From contig NC_092346.1 of NCBI RefSeq assembly GCF_963676685.1, positions 101,246,001 through 101,310,000 on the forward strand: a stretch of 64,000 nt of DNA. Reading direction: 5' to 3'. Of this stretch, positions 41,336-53,877 are shown piece by piece. Both the position numbers and the translations under genes were made by a program. Within the stretch, counting starts at the first letter, position 1; the number at the start of each line of letters is the position of its first letter. A model generated the notes under the pieces. That model worked only from the letters and a program-made list of their open reading frames with translations, was not told the DNA's origin and ran no database searches. This stretch comes from Mytilus edulis. Lineage: Eukaryota.

Positions 41336-42538
41336 ATATAAATATTATGGAACGTTCTCTGCTGCCTGGTTTAAAATCAAAACTTCATTTTGACGTCTTC
41401 AGCTGCTGGCTGTTTTGTTTTAACCAATACGAATTGAAAGATATTTGCAGTTTGTTTCCGTTACAAAGAAGTTGACATCGTTAAACATTGTTGAATTTCC
41501 GATGTAATTTACACTGAAAAATAATAATATATTATGTATAATGTTGTTGCTTACTCAGACAAAGTTGATCTTCTCTAATACCCCTCAGAAACAGCCTTGC
41601 CTCTTCTGTGATTTGGTCGGGTTGTTAATTTTAGTGGTATGGGCTTGTGTTTCTTGATGATTTTTTGTTGTTGTAATGTCAGACCGTTTTTAGGTTGATG
41701 TCGATAGTCGTGTTTGCTTTCCTATCATATGGTTTCAATCCCACTTGATAAAGATTAAGCATTCACGGGGTTCTTATTTCAGCAAACACTACTTATATGC
41801 AAACAGTGATAAAGTACAAAACTAGCTTCGAATTTTGAAAAATTTTATTAGCACTAATTTGAAAACACTATTTAGAAATTATCAACAAGTAAATGCTAAC
41901 ACATAAAAAGTATTACACAAACAAAATCAAATCTTTAACTAAACATAAAAAGTAAAATGTAAATGAGGTAAAGGTCAGATGAATCCTGACAGACAGACAT
42001 TTCATTGGCCATACCTCTATCACGCAAAATCATTAGGATGTGGTAACATAATTCAAGTTGAGGACATGTAGTGAATAACTTTAAGTGAACGACGACATAT
42101 AAAGATAACAGATCATAATATGACAATTGATAGTTCAGAGTATTAAAAGAGTACCTTGAAATCCTGGTTTGTATGATATATTAAGAGCACTTTTTTAAAA
42201 GACGAAAAACAGAAAAAAAACCAGTGAAATAAAGAAAACGCTATTCACGGGACTAAATCTAAAAAATTATCTACATTCTTCAAAGTATATTATGTGTTAA
42301 TTCCGTGCTATAAATGTGTGTTCGGTCGAAGGAAACATCATGTTAGATAAGAAGCTAAAGATAATCATTGTCTTAAAGATATAACAAAAAATACAACAAG
42401 TTGAACGTGATTGCCACCTCAAGAAAAAAGAAAAAATAATTTCAGATATCCGTTATGTTTGGGAGGCAGTGAAGTAGGATGTGTTTTGTGTGGAATTCTT
42501 TTGGTCAGTATTCTTTTGTTCTGTATTTTATAATGACT

Positions 42539-42590
42539 TCACGTCGGTGTTACGTCTGATAATGTTCTCTTCTTCTCGCTTATAAACAAT
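42539..42590 (-). CDS. paralog D terminal exon (LFISEKKRTLSDVTPT*)
   Basis: Acceptor tttctatttgtag|, phase 2, TGA stop; possibly shortened by a frameshift. Confidence 0.7.
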
Positions 42591-43164
42591 CTACAAATAG
42601 AAACAGAAAAACATTATGATAATGTTTCAAACAATTACCATCATATTTCTATAAATGCAGAATTAGTTAAATATTATGAATTATATTTTTTAATTAAAAA
42701 CTTCTAGCAAAATCAATTTCAAACTTAAAATTGATATCATTTGATACTGACAAAAGTCATGCAGTAGTTCAATACTATATGTGTTTCTCTCTTTTAAATT
42801 TAAATTAGTTTTCAAATAATAAAGGATATTTCAAAATGTAAATTTAGCTAAATTGATCTAATAATACATGAATTTAACTGTTATTGGATAGGGACTGTCA
42901 GCTTTTACATTGTATCTCAGATTGGTCCCAGTTACTTAATCTTTGATGTTTTTTAACATAACAAGTTAAGCTGTTTTGTTGGTGAAGCATATTTAAATAA
43001 TTAGGTGAATAAAGCCAATTATATGCTTTATCCTCACTGTACCAGTGGATAATGAACCGGTAAGTTTGGTATTTTATTTTTTGTTTTTTGTTTGTCCTGT
43101 TATACTTGATAATTGACTTATGTGAGTTCATCGACAGATGACATCTATTTAAGTGCCATGCACA

Positions 43165-43548
43165 TAAAATTTCAATCCTGGTATCTATGATGAGTTTATT
43201 TACAACTACTGGGTCGATGCCACTGCTGTTGTGGTCTTAATTCCCCGAGCGTATCACCATCCCAGTAGGCAGCACTTCTGTGTTGACTTGAGTTATCATT
43301 GATATGGTCATAGTTATAAATTAAGTGTTAACAAAAGTTTGAATTTTTTAATTACTAATGCTTTTCTACCTTAGCTTTTTTTGGAAACACTTTAAGGAAT
43401 TTTTGGTCCTCAATGCTCTTCAACTTCGTACTATATTTGGCCTTTTTAACAATTTTTATTCGAGCGTCACTGGTGCGTCTCTTGTAGACGAAACACGCGT
43501 ATGGCGTAAATACAAAATTTCAATCCTGGTATGAATGATGAGCTTATT
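43165..43548 (+). mobile_element. retrozyme-like monomer with terminal direct repeat and decayed hammerhead
   Basis: atcctggtat.tatgatgag repeated with period 348; hammerhead-like segment 43462-43507. Confidence 0.7.
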
Positions 43549-43792
43549 GGTACTCATAATTGAATAGTATCTTTTATTTCTTACAAATGCAACAATTTAC
43601 AATGTTTTAACTACCGCTGATTCACTGACAAGCATAATACGGTTATGTTATTTATAATTCTCGTACTTACAATATAAAGTGATTCCTACTCCACCATACT
43701 CGGCAATAACAAAAATTGTCATCCCTTTGTAATGGTCTACCTTGTACTAACAACCATATGACCTTTATAATTATTACTATTATCGTACTTAC

Positions 43793-43949
43793 AAACATAA
43801 AATGATTCCTACTCCACCGTACCCGGCCATTACAAAAAATGTCATCCCTTTGTAATAGTCTATTGTGGCATCGTATATAGCGTTAGCACTAACAGAGGCT
43901 CCCATATTACAGATCACCTCCACAGCTGCCACTCCAGCAAATATTGAAC
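43793..43949 (-). CDS. paralog D exon 3 (GSIFAGVAAVEVIC...GVGIILCL)
   Basis: 157 nt, ttag|...TT|gtaagt. Confidence 0.9.
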
Positions 43950-45796
43950 CTAATAACATAAAATGTATACATGTTTCCTTAACAACTCCTCTAATTTTAA
44001 ACAAAATATCGTCATGATGGCAAGCAGCAATAAACACACAATTCATTTACTATAATTTGGTTGTTTTATAACATTTTATGCTACTTTGATCCATGGACAT
44101 TTACTATACTTTGGTTGTTTTATAACATTTTATGTTACTTTCATTCATGAACATCTTCTCTTTTTTCTTTCTGTACCATGCTATATATCGTCAAAAACGT
44201 CTTCCCCATTAGATATAACTGCATTGGCTAGAGGTATAGGGGGAGGGTTGAGATCTCATAAACATGTTTAACCCAGCCGCATTTTTGCGCCTGTCCCAAG
44301 TCAGGAGTTTCTTGTGTACAATTTGGAGTTTAGTATGGCGTTCATTATCACTGAACTAGTATATATATTTGTTTAGGGGCCAGCTGAAGGACACCTCCGG
44401 GTGCTGGAATTTCTCGCTGCATTGAAGACCTGTTGGTGACCTTCTGCTGTTGTCTTCTCTATGGTCGGGTTGTTGTCTCTTTGACACATTCCCCATTTCC
44501 ATTCTTAATTTTAATATAAACTGTCACTATAACATATCAATGTAAAACAATCAGAAATTTCTGTGTCGGGTTACACAGGTAAAATACTAAGCAACTATTT
44601 AAAAGGGGAACTAAGCTAAAAGCAACAAGACGAATATACACAAGAAATATACATACGAACATAGAAAACGTATATCATTACTTGTAAGACTGTAAAAAAT
44701 CCCAACACAGAACTTGGACTGATAACAGGGTGACGGTAAGCATATCCTGTTACAAACCTTATCTGGTGTGTTCAAGTTGGTAATAAATTAAATTAAGGTA
44801 ATATGTGAACGGTCAATAATTACAAAATTACATGCATGATACTATTTTACAATATCTTCACGCAAGAAAAAGAACCGATAATCGTTTTATCGTTCTAAAA
44901 GTACCTGTGGTCTTTTGCCATTTTTTACCTTGACCAAAGGAAGCTTGATAACGCCACCTCATACGCTGTGAAGTCGGTATCAATTTCTACTGAGACACTG
45001 CCCATGTCTCAAAGCCGTTATTCGAGAATTACGGAGCGACTATGCAGGGTAATATACGAGAAGGGAAGAACGACAAGAGTTATTCATGGAATGCAACAGG
45101 CTAAAAGGAACATTTGCCAGGCTCAAAGATATGCTGTTGTCTGTATGGAATTCGGGATATCCATTTACATGAACGACTGATTTCTGAATCACCGATATCT
45201 CCACCTTCCTTACAGTAGTCAGCAAATACAGATTACGGGTAGTAGGGTTATAACATAAACAGCACATAGCTGATGAGATGATACATCATAATGTTATACT
45301 GAATAAAACATTGTCAATCTTGCTTGTGAGGAGGTGTCATCTGGGACATAATTGCTCTAAACAATGTTAATGTTACAACTCTACCAGAACTCCAATTATT
45401 TTGTTCATGTTTGCTTATGTGCTTTGTCGATATTCCATTTGGATTTTGTTTTTATTGTTAACCTGTTTGTTTGTTTTAATAGTGATTAAGATTATAACAC
45501 AATTTTAACTGCTGTACCCCTATCTATGAATTATTTACCTATTATATCATTTTGTTTTGTTCACATGTTGTTGTAAATATAATGATATGCGACTGTCTTA
45601 GCTTTAGCTACTTGTCCTATAAAACCAGATGTGATTCACCATTTTCTACACAGAAATTTCTGTATCAAGTCAGGATCATAACAGTTGTGTTCCATTCGTT
45701 TGAAATGTATGAGCTTTTGATGTTGCCATTTGATAAGGGACTGTCCGTTTTGAATTTTCCTTGGAGATGGGTATTTTTTGTTATTTTACTTTTTAC

Positions 45797-45880
45797 CTTG
45801 TTTGTGTGGAGGAGTCATCTGGGACATAATTGCTCTTACCATTGGCAAGGTTACAACACTACCAATACTAGCACCAGCAG
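45797..45880 (-). CDS. paralog D exon 2 (AAGASIGSVVTLPMVRAIMSQMTPPHKQG)
   Basis: 84 nt, tttttag|...AAG|gtaaaa. Confidence 0.88.
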
Positions 45881-46234
45881 CTAAAAAAATAACTTTCAAT
45901 AGAGTTTGGACACTTTTCAGAATAATTCTAGTGAAATGAATAAAACGAGATGTAGAAAAGAAAAAAGCAATGAATATGATAAGATATAAACATGCTTTCG
46001 TAGGTCACAATACAGTTTCTCAAATAAAATAGAACCATATTGAAGGCTCCAAATCGAGCTAGGCCTAGACTCTGGTTTAATTGTGAGTGTACTCAACATA
46101 AATATTTAACTTTTATCCTGAGTGTGTAATAGAATTTTAAAAACCTTTCACTGTTTATATTTGTTTAAAACAATGGCCCATGATTTCAAAGACTAGAGTA
46201 AGAATTTGGTTTAAAAAGAAAAATTCATACTAAC

Positions 46235-47393
46235 CTAAATATAAGTACAGATCGGTTGATGCAATACCTTCCAGAATAGCTGAAGCCACGCATGTTATAC
46301 ACCCTACTAAAGCAATTACATCGTCTGTTGTACAAAGGTGAAATAATTTAATGATAGCGATACTACCAAAACTCCATGCCAAATTCCGCACTGCGGCGTA
46401 CCAGCCAATCCTCACAGAATCCCAACAAAATGGACTGTTCATCTGATAAATTTGTTCCACATTAGGTCGTCCTAGATTTCCGAAGGCAGACATTATGAAT
46501 ATAAAAATGAGTAATATAAACATCCATCTCTTACTTAACGGTGAAAACTCTGATGTGTAACACTCAGTTACATTCCTCATGTTCTGACATATTGACACGT
46601 GATCGTCTCGTTTCCGTGACGGATGGAGCGTTTCAGGTAAAACAAACACTGCAAGAAGGATTCCAATAGTAACTATAATGACTGATAGAAACTCTGGATA
46701 CATGTAACTGTCTGTCCATTGTATGATATAACCAGTTAATGAGGTTGATATTATGGCACCAAGGCCGATGCTGGTTTCTATTAAAGCTATAACAAATGAC
46801 CTCGTTTTACTTGGCATTGTAGTGTCCGCTACAAAGCAAAATGCCATGGAAAGTGTGGAGGCCCAGATTCCGGTACTGCCTTCTATAACGTAAAATCCGA
46901 TAAACCATTGTATGCCTATTTTGAAATATATTCCTAGTGAACAAGCCAGATTTTTTAGAAATGTTCCTATTAAAGGGACAAGGAAAAATGGCTTTCGGCC
47001 ATACACATCACTATAAGAAGCTAAATTCATCGAAATAAAAACTGCTGGAATGTTTTGGGCTAAGGCACAGTAAATATTCCATTCCGAAGTCAATTTCTGA
47101 ACTATAATTTGTTGTTTATATTCCACTTTACTGGTGTTTACTGTACACGCTGAATCACTTCCACCGACAGTCTGCATAGTGTTTCTGGTCGGATACTTTT
47201 CATTCATGAATGCATAGTAAGCATACTGGTTCATTATAGAAATACTTGAAACAACCGAATAACATTGGGTAAAAACAATCAACATTACTATAGTATAAGC
47301 CACCCATTTCGAATATTTTAATTTTATTTCTCCAAATAACACTTTGTTTTCTAATAACCGACTTTCTTCAGAGTTCTCAGTATTTATGGTCAT
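46235..47393 (-). CDS. SLC46-family MFS transporter paralog D, large coding exon 1 (about 483 aa in total)
   Basis: MTINTENSEESRLL..., ASYSDVYGRK, LPETL, NSPFCWDSVRIGWY. Upstream acceptor ttcag| at 47402-03, donor TTAG|gttagt. Confidence 0.9.
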
Positions 47394-48204
47394 TGCTGGA
47401 CCTGAATAATAAAGAAGAATATTAAACGGAAAGAATTTTACTATGAATCCCTTTAAGACAAAAAAACCCACTCCAACACAGCCAATAGACAAACGACAAA
47501 AAGAATTTTACAAAAAATTAAACAGAAAAGTATTGATTGAACAACACGTACTCCACCAAACCAGTGTTAATTCAGGTGCTCCGGAAGGGTATGCAGTTCT
47601 TGCTCAGGAGTTTTCCCCCAGAAATATTACAAGATTGACACTACTAAGAGTTCTTCTAGTTATCGTATATAAAAATCAAAAAGATACAATATAACCTCCA
47701 TAAGATAAAATACAAATCTGTTACTCGGGGAACAGGGAAGTATTTTGTCTGCTTAAGATCTTACCTTTTTTTGATTGAACGTCATATTACAATACGTTTT
47801 ACCAAGTAGTCCTCTGCCTTAAGAAATCTTCCTTTCAAAAATGTTGTACTTTTACTTTTTAACTGAAAATTGGATATTTTGTCATACGATGATATAACGT
47901 ATTAAAAGCAACGACCCCATGATTAAAATAGTGATACAGTTATTGAGAGTAAATCGGATGTTAGATAATAAAATTGCATTATGAAATTGTGAACCTGCCC
48001 TTCATTCGATAACAGAGGTCGTAAAGTAAATTAAAACAAATGAAGCATGTTTAAGTTGTGCGATTATAAAGTATAAGGACCAAAACAATCTAGAAGATAA
48101 TAGTGAATGCTTAAGGTAGACTATTCAGTCAGGGCTAGATAACTCAAAACAGAATAAGTATTCCACATGGGTCAAACTCTAAACAAAACAAATCGTCAGA
48201 ATGC

Positions 48205-49615
48205 AAGGCGAGACAACTCAAAACAGACTACCTTGTAAATGTGAGACAATTCAAAACAGACTACCCTGTAAAGGTGAGACAACTCAAAACAGACTACCTT
48301 GTAAGGGTGAGACAACTCAAATCAGACTACCCTGTAAGAGTGCGACAACTCAAAACAGTTTACCCTGTAAGTGTGAGACAAGTAAAACAGACTATTCTGT
48401 AAGGGTGAGACAACTCAAAACAGACTACCCTGTAAGTGTGAGACAACTCAAAACAGACTACCCTGTAAGGGCGAGACAACTCAAAACAGACTATCCTGTA
48501 AGGGTGAGACAACTCAAAACAGACTACCCTGTAAGGGTGAGACAACTCAAAACAGACTACCTTGTAAGGGTGAGACAACTCAAAACAGACTACCCTGTAA
48601 GGGTGAAACAACTCAAAACAGACTACCCTGTAAAGGTGAGACAACTCAAAACAGACTACCCTGTAAGGGTGAGACAACTCAAAACAGACTACCCTGTAAG
48701 GGCGAGACAACTCAAAACAGACTACCCTGTAAGGGTGAGACAACTCAAAACAGACTACCCTGTAAGGGTGAGACAACTCAATACAGACTACCCTGTAAGT
48801 GTGAGACAACTCAAAACAGACTACCCTGTAAGGGTGAGACAACTCAAAAACAGACTACCCTGTAAGGGTGAGACAACTCAAACCAGACTACCCTGTAAGG
48901 GTGAGACAACTCAAAACAGACTATCCTGTAAGGGTGAGACAAATCAAAACAGACTACCCTGTAAGGGTGAGACAACTCAAAACCGACTACCCTGTAAGGG
49001 TGAGACAACTCAAAACCGACTATCCTGTAAGGGTGAGACAACTCAAAACCGACTACCCTGTAAGGGTGAGACAACTCAAAACAGACTATCCTGTAAGGGT
49101 GAGACAACTCAAAACAGACTACCCTGTAAGGGTGAGACAACTCAAAACAGACTATCCATCCTTGGTTTGATAACTCAAAACAGACTACCCTGTAAGGGTG
49201 AGACAACTCAAAACAGACTACCCTGTAAGAGTGAGACAACTCAAAACAGACTACCCTGTAAGGGTGAGACAACTCAAAACCGACTACCCTGTAAGGGTGA
49301 GACAACTCAAAACAGATTACCTGTAAGGGCGAGACAACTCAAAACAGACTACCCTGTAAGGGCGAGACAACTCAAAACAGACTACCCTGTAAGGGCGAGA
49401 CAACTCAAAACAGACTACCCTGTAAGGGCGAGACAACTCAAAACAGACTACCCTGTAAGGGCGAGACAACTCAAAATAGACTACCCTGTAAGGGTGAGAC
49501 AACTCAAAACAGACTATACCATGTAAGGGTGAGACAACTCAAAACAGACTATCCATCCTGGGTTTGATAACTCAAAACAGACTACCCTGTAAGGGTGAGA
49601 CAAGTAAAACAGACT
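48205..49615. repeat. 33-bp minisatellite (about 41 copies)
   Basis: Unit gagacaactcaaaacagactaccctgtaagggt. Confidence 0.95.
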
Positions 49616-49639
49616 ATCCATCCTGGGTTTGACAACATA

Positions 49640-50610
49640 CTATCCTACATGGGCTGAACAACTCAAAACACAACCAATAAACACAATACAAGGTGGGTAA
49701 CTCAAAACAGACTATCAAGACTGGGTTAGACAAGTAAAGAAGACTAGCCAGACTGGGTTAGACAAGTAAAGAAGACTATCCAGACTGGGTTAGACAAGTA
49801 AAGAAGACTATCCAGACTGGGTTAGACAAGTAAAGAAGACTATCCAGACTGGGTTAGACAAGTAAAACAGACTATCCAGGTTGGGTTAGACAAGTAAAGA
49901 AGACTATCCAGACTGGGTTAGACAAGTAAAACAGACTATCCAGCCTGGGTTAGACAAGTAAAGAAGACTATCCAGCTTGGGTTAGACAAGAAAAACAGAC
50001 TATCCAGCCTGGGTTATTCAAGTAAAACAGACTATCCAGCCTGGGTTTGACAACATACTATGTTACATGGGCTGAACAACTCAAACCACAACCAATATAC
50101 ACAATACAAGGTGGGTAACTCAAAACAGACTATCCTACATGGGCTGAACAACTCAAAACACAACCAATATACACAATACAAGGTGGGTAACTCAAAACAG
50201 ACTATCCTACATGGGCTGAACAACTCAAAACACAACCAATATACACAAAACAAGTAGGGTAACTCAAAACAGACTATCCTACATGGGCTGAACAACTCAA
50301 AACACACCCAATATACACAATAAAAGGTGGGTAAGTCAAAACAGACTATCCAGCCTGGGTTAGACAACATACTATCCTACATGGGCTGAATAACTCAAAA
50401 CACAACCAATATACACAATACAAGGTGGGTAACACTAAAAAAGACTATCCTACATGGGCTGAACAACTCAAAACACAACCAATATACACAATACAAGGTG
50501 GGTAACACTAAAAAAGACTATCCTACATGGGCTGAACAACTCAAAACACAACCAATATACACAATACAAGGTGGGTAACACTAAAAAAAAGACTATCCTA
50601 CATGGGCTAA
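49640..50610. repeat. 32-bp and 72-bp tandem arrays sharing a core with the 33-bp array
   Basis: gactgggttagacaagtaaagaagactatcca units (49710-50050) and ctatcctacatgggctgaacaactcaaaacacaacc... units. Confidence 0.9.
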
Positions 50611-50704
50611 GCACGCAGACGGACATTCTGTATTATGCTAGGACTAGACAATCCCAACCAACTCATAAGGAATATATCATATCAGCAAAAACTTTAACAG
50701 ATAC

Positions 50705-51012
50705 AATAATCAAAACCAAAAGTCTGCAGAAACAGGCCAGTTCGGCAAATTCTTTAACAGACAACTGTAATGGCAAAAAGAAACCAAAATAATCAAAACC
50801 AAAAGTCTGTAGGAGCAGACTAGTTCGGCACATCCTTTATCAGACAATTGCCATGGCAAAAAGAAACCAAAATAATCAAAACCAAAAGTCTGCAGGAACA
50901 GACTAGTTCGACAAAACCTTTAACAGCCAAATACAAGGAAAGAAAGGAGCCATAATAATCAAAACCGAAAGTCTGAAGGAATAAATCATTTCGGCAAAAC
51001 CTTTAACGGACA
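50705..51012. repeat. 83-bp degenerate tandem repeat x4
   Basis: aataatcaaaacc.aaagtctg at 50705, 50788, 50871 and 50954. Confidence 0.85.
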
Positions 51013-52116
51013 ATCAGGTCAGCCACTAAGGAATACATAATGTATTTAAAAGTGGCATAGGTACAGACTTTACGTCAGAACTTTTGCTTTTGTGTTGTTT
51101 AATGTTTTTCCATATTACAACATTGGATTGCCAATGCTCTTCAACTTCTTAATTGATTTGCCCATCAAACTTTTTATGTAAGCGCCACTGGCGATTCGTA
51201 TTAAGAAAAAAATATGCGCCTGGCGCACTAACTTATGAGTGGATATCATGATGAGTTTTATTAAAGTTTTGATGACTTTATTTATTCTTCGCACGACACA
51301 AAATATCATGTCAGTAAGCTAACTAATAAGAAACAGATGATCCATGTTGTCAGAAATCATGCATTTTTATTTTTTATGTTCCTCTGAAGGTTGCCTTTTT
51401 CATTGAAAACCATTTTGTTTTCAATAAGTAAACGATTAATTAAAATAAGAAAGTGGAAGGAGGCTTAGATCTTTTATGGCCTAGAAATATTAAGAGTAAA
51501 TATATATTGAACTCATTAGAAGAAGAAAAAACATTTTAAATTGCTAATAGACAGAAGGTCACTATTATTTTAAGTTCCGCCTGTTTACATTTAGATTGAG
51601 CTTTGCTTTACATGATATCTAGTCTATGGAAAATTGGTTACGATTACTCAAAGGTAGTATACCGCTGTTCAATAGTCATAAATGGATTTAACTGTCAGTG
51701 AAACAAATTCTTTCACATCAAATTATTTCTTCTGAGTTGAACTTCGAATAGATTAATTTTAGGCGCACCAATTAGCGTGTTATCAGTGTTGTTCTAACAA
51801 TTATGTATTTGAAATTTTTTAAGAACGTCACGACTTAATGAATCATGCATTGTCATATATGTGATATTATGAATCCTGTTCTACTTTGCGAAGAGTAAAT
51901 TCATAAAAATACTGAACTCCAAGGAAAATTCAAAACGGAAATGCCCTAATCAAACGGCAAAATCAAAAGCTCAAACACATCAAACGAATGGATAACAACT
52001 GTCATATTCCTGACTTGGTGTAGGCATTTTCTTATGTAGAAAACGGTGTATTAAAAACCTGGTTTTATAGCTAGATAAACCTCTCACTTGTATGACAGAT
52101 ATAATATGTACATATA

Positions 52117-53132
52117 TAGTAGTCCTAACGGCTGTGGACATTGATTGTTTCGGTCTCATTGAATGTGTTTGTTTGGTTTTGAATAAACAGAAAGAAGTTC
52201 GACTCTATTTTTTTACTTTTTAACAAATGTTTGTTCCGAAGTAACGATATAACTCTTGTAATTAAGTTTTCCTGACATCAGTTTAAGATGATTAAGATTA
52301 TAACACAGTGTTGACTGCTGTGTCCCTATTTTTCACATTTTACATATAATGTCTATATTTTTGTTCACACATCGTTGTCAATGTAATGGAATTTTATGAG
52401 ACTGTCATACAAGTGGTAGGTTAAGCTAGCTATAAATCCAAGTTCAATTCACCATTTTCTACTTGCGATATATCAATAGTTATCAAACATACCAAGGATT
52501 ATAATCTGTTACGCCAGACGCGCGTTTAGTCTACATAAAAGAGGCACGAAAGATACCAAAGGGACAGTCAAACTCATAAATCGAAAATAAACTGACAAAG
52601 CCATGGATAAAAATGAAAAAGGCAAACAGACAAACAATAGTACACATGACACAACATAGAAAACTAAAGAATAAGCTACATAAGACTCATCAGTGACGCT
52701 CAAGTCAAAATAGTTAGAAAGCCAAACAATTACAAAGTTGAAGATCATTGATGACCCAAAATTCCAAAAAGTTATGCTCCGTACCTAAATCAGGAATATG
52801 ACAGTTGTTATCCATTCGTTTGATGTGTTTGAGATTTTGATTTTGACATTTGATTAGGGAATTTCGGAGTTCATTTTATTTTGTGATTTTAGTTTTTAAG
52901 AGCCGGAAAATTATCATTTTGCGGGATTTAACATTAGGAGCCGATAGACTCCTGTCGTAGTACCACATCTGCTAGGTGGACAGCTTCTTTAAACATTGCG
53001 AATATTTCAGATTTTTGCTAGCTTTGATACTGTGAAATGGATGAGTACTATATGGTTAATTAAAAACCAAAAACATTCAATGAGACCGAAAAAGGTTGTA
53101 ACAATGAATGTCCACAGCCATAAGGACTACTA
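52117..53132. mobile_element. MITE-like element with TAG...CTA termini and TIRs of about 70 bp, containing nested elements
   Basis: tagtagtcctaacggctgtggacatt...ttcggtctcattgaatgt and acattcaatgagaccgaa...aatgtccacagccataaggactacta. Confidence 0.7.
52510..52700 (-). ncRNA. type I hammerhead ribozyme relic split by a 137-bp insertion
   Basis: After removing the insert, the minus strand reads gcgtca CTGATGA gtc ttatgta gac TAA ac gcgc gt C tggcgt. Confidence 0.65.
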
Positions 53133-53877
53133 TACATATATATAGATAAAGATTGCGGTTTTTATCCAAAGCGATCATGGGTTTGAAAGTAGTTTTCAAT
53201 TTAGACTTGTTTATATTTTTGGTTTGGGCTTGTATCATATTTTCCCTCAAGTTTATATGATCCGTTCATCCTATTTTAACTCTTTAGAATTCAAGAGTCT
53301 ATCCTAAAGTGGGTAAATTATATGGTCTTCTAAATACCGTTACAATCCCTAACATCACTGAAAAGACATTTATTGTCGAAATCCAGATCTAGTTTACACA
53401 CTTGTACCTCATGTTTGTGGTATAACAATGTTACATCTTTGCCGTAAGTTTATTGTTTTCTGTTTTACTTTAGTATTGAATTAATATTAAGATCCATTTT
53501 GATACATCTTGTGGTCAATTTATTTGGCAATCGCCAATGGCAGTCGGCAGGGTTTAAGAACATCAGTTGTTCGTCCTGTTAGTCGAATGCGTTTTGTTAA
53601 TATATACTTTTTCACATTTTTGGTCTTTTGGAAAATGTTGTTTGTGCTGTATTTAGACCCTTCTACAACTAAATTTGTTTTACATGCACACGTATAAAAA
53701 TTGCGGTTTTTATCCAATGCAATCATAGGTTTGAACGTAGTTTTTAATTTAGACTTGTTTAGATATAGAGATTAATACATGGCATTTTCCATATCGGCCA
53801 GGATTGTGGCACCAGCAGTGGCATTGACCTACCCATTATCATGCAAACATGCAACGTGGATGTGATCGGTTATGTGA

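Noticed and set aside
46230-47492. N- and C-terminal extensions of the four large ORFs as shown in the track
   Set aside because: They run past canonical splice sites into intron sequence.
48201-49526. 441-aa repetitive ORF
   Set aside because: A by-product of a 33-bp unit. It switches register at indels and has no domain or splice support.
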